Shown piece by piece: positions 63,770-64,000 of a DNA stretch of 64,000 nucleotides (positions within the stretch are counted from its first letter, which is position 1; each line of letters starts with the position of its first letter). A program made the position numbers and the translations under genes. The notes beneath the pieces were generated by a model. It was not told the DNA's origin. It made no database searches and saw only the letters and a list, made by a program, of their open reading frames with translations. The stretch comes from a virus. The stretch lies in IMG/VR virus record IMGVR_UViG_3300026136_000008. The stretch is one strand, 5' to 3'.

Positions 63770-64000
63770 TTATTTGAAAACATCTACAATAATTCGTTTA
63801 AACTTATTGTCATCAAACTTTAAGAAAGCTTGATACTTTGATATTTTCCTGTGCAAATCAGGCCATAGAATTGTTTCTGTGATCTGTTTATTTGCTTTAT
63901 CAATAAATCCTGTAAGCCTATTGATAATACACACAGTCTCTAATGAAACCGTGCCTTCGAGATGAAGCTGGATAATTCTTGGATATGTTTCTTCTATTTC
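63770..64000 (-). CDS. gp59: Helicase loader, C-terminal part (5'-truncated by the window)
   Basis: EIEETYPRIIQLHLEGTVSLETVCIINRLTGFI...ILWP...KISKYQAFL; directly upstream of gene 32 as in T4. Confidence 0.85.
   Translation of the reverse strand, partial: EIEETYPRIIQLHLEGTVSLETVCIINRLTGFIDKANKQITETILWPDLHRKISKYQAFLKFDDNKFKRIIVDVFK

Noticed and set aside
1-64000. Stop-codon reassignment, selenoproteins, tRNA or rRNA genes
   Set aside because: Genes tile densely and end at TAA, TAG and TGA under the standard code; the short intergenic gaps show no cloverleaf or rRNA-like sequence

Overview
This window is a 64-kb, AT-rich, standard-code segment of a T4-like myovirus, most similar in gene content to marine pelagimyophage-type phages; the host cannot be determined from the sequence. 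Left to right it contains: (1) 1-5048, the end of a curli-type module (CsgG C-terminus, two secreted curlin-repeat proteins, a FecR-domain protein) followed by a CHASE2 adenylate cyclase; (2) 5.2-28.1 kb, an island of about 24 biosynthetic or tailoring enzymes (8 radical SAM, 3 TauD-fold and 3 other Fe/2OG- or cupin-type oxygenases, 2 QueC-like ATPases, desaturase, PLP enzyme, FMN reductase, nitroreductase, methyltransferases, glycosyltransferase) with several T4 late promoters; (3) 28.1-43.9 kb, modular tail-fibre genes interrupted by a second small glycosyltransferase/oxygenase island; (4) 43.9-64 kb, T4-type virion and replication genes (VrlC-like, gp8, gp7, gp6, gp25, gp5, hub, gp53, gp48, gp4, gp2, tail-tube-like, gp26/gp51, tape-measure-like, gp32, gp59). 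The best leads from reading the DNA are a probable -1 frameshift joining gp26 to a start-less gp51 domain just before the tape-measure gene, a possible trans-envelope curli-FecR-cAMP signalling system, a late-expressed enzyme island that may chemically modify the virion, a recurrent TATAAATA-N5-ATG leaderless architecture (7 cases), a candidate late small RNA, and a probable AUU start codon. All product calls come from motif recognition by eye; no searches were run.
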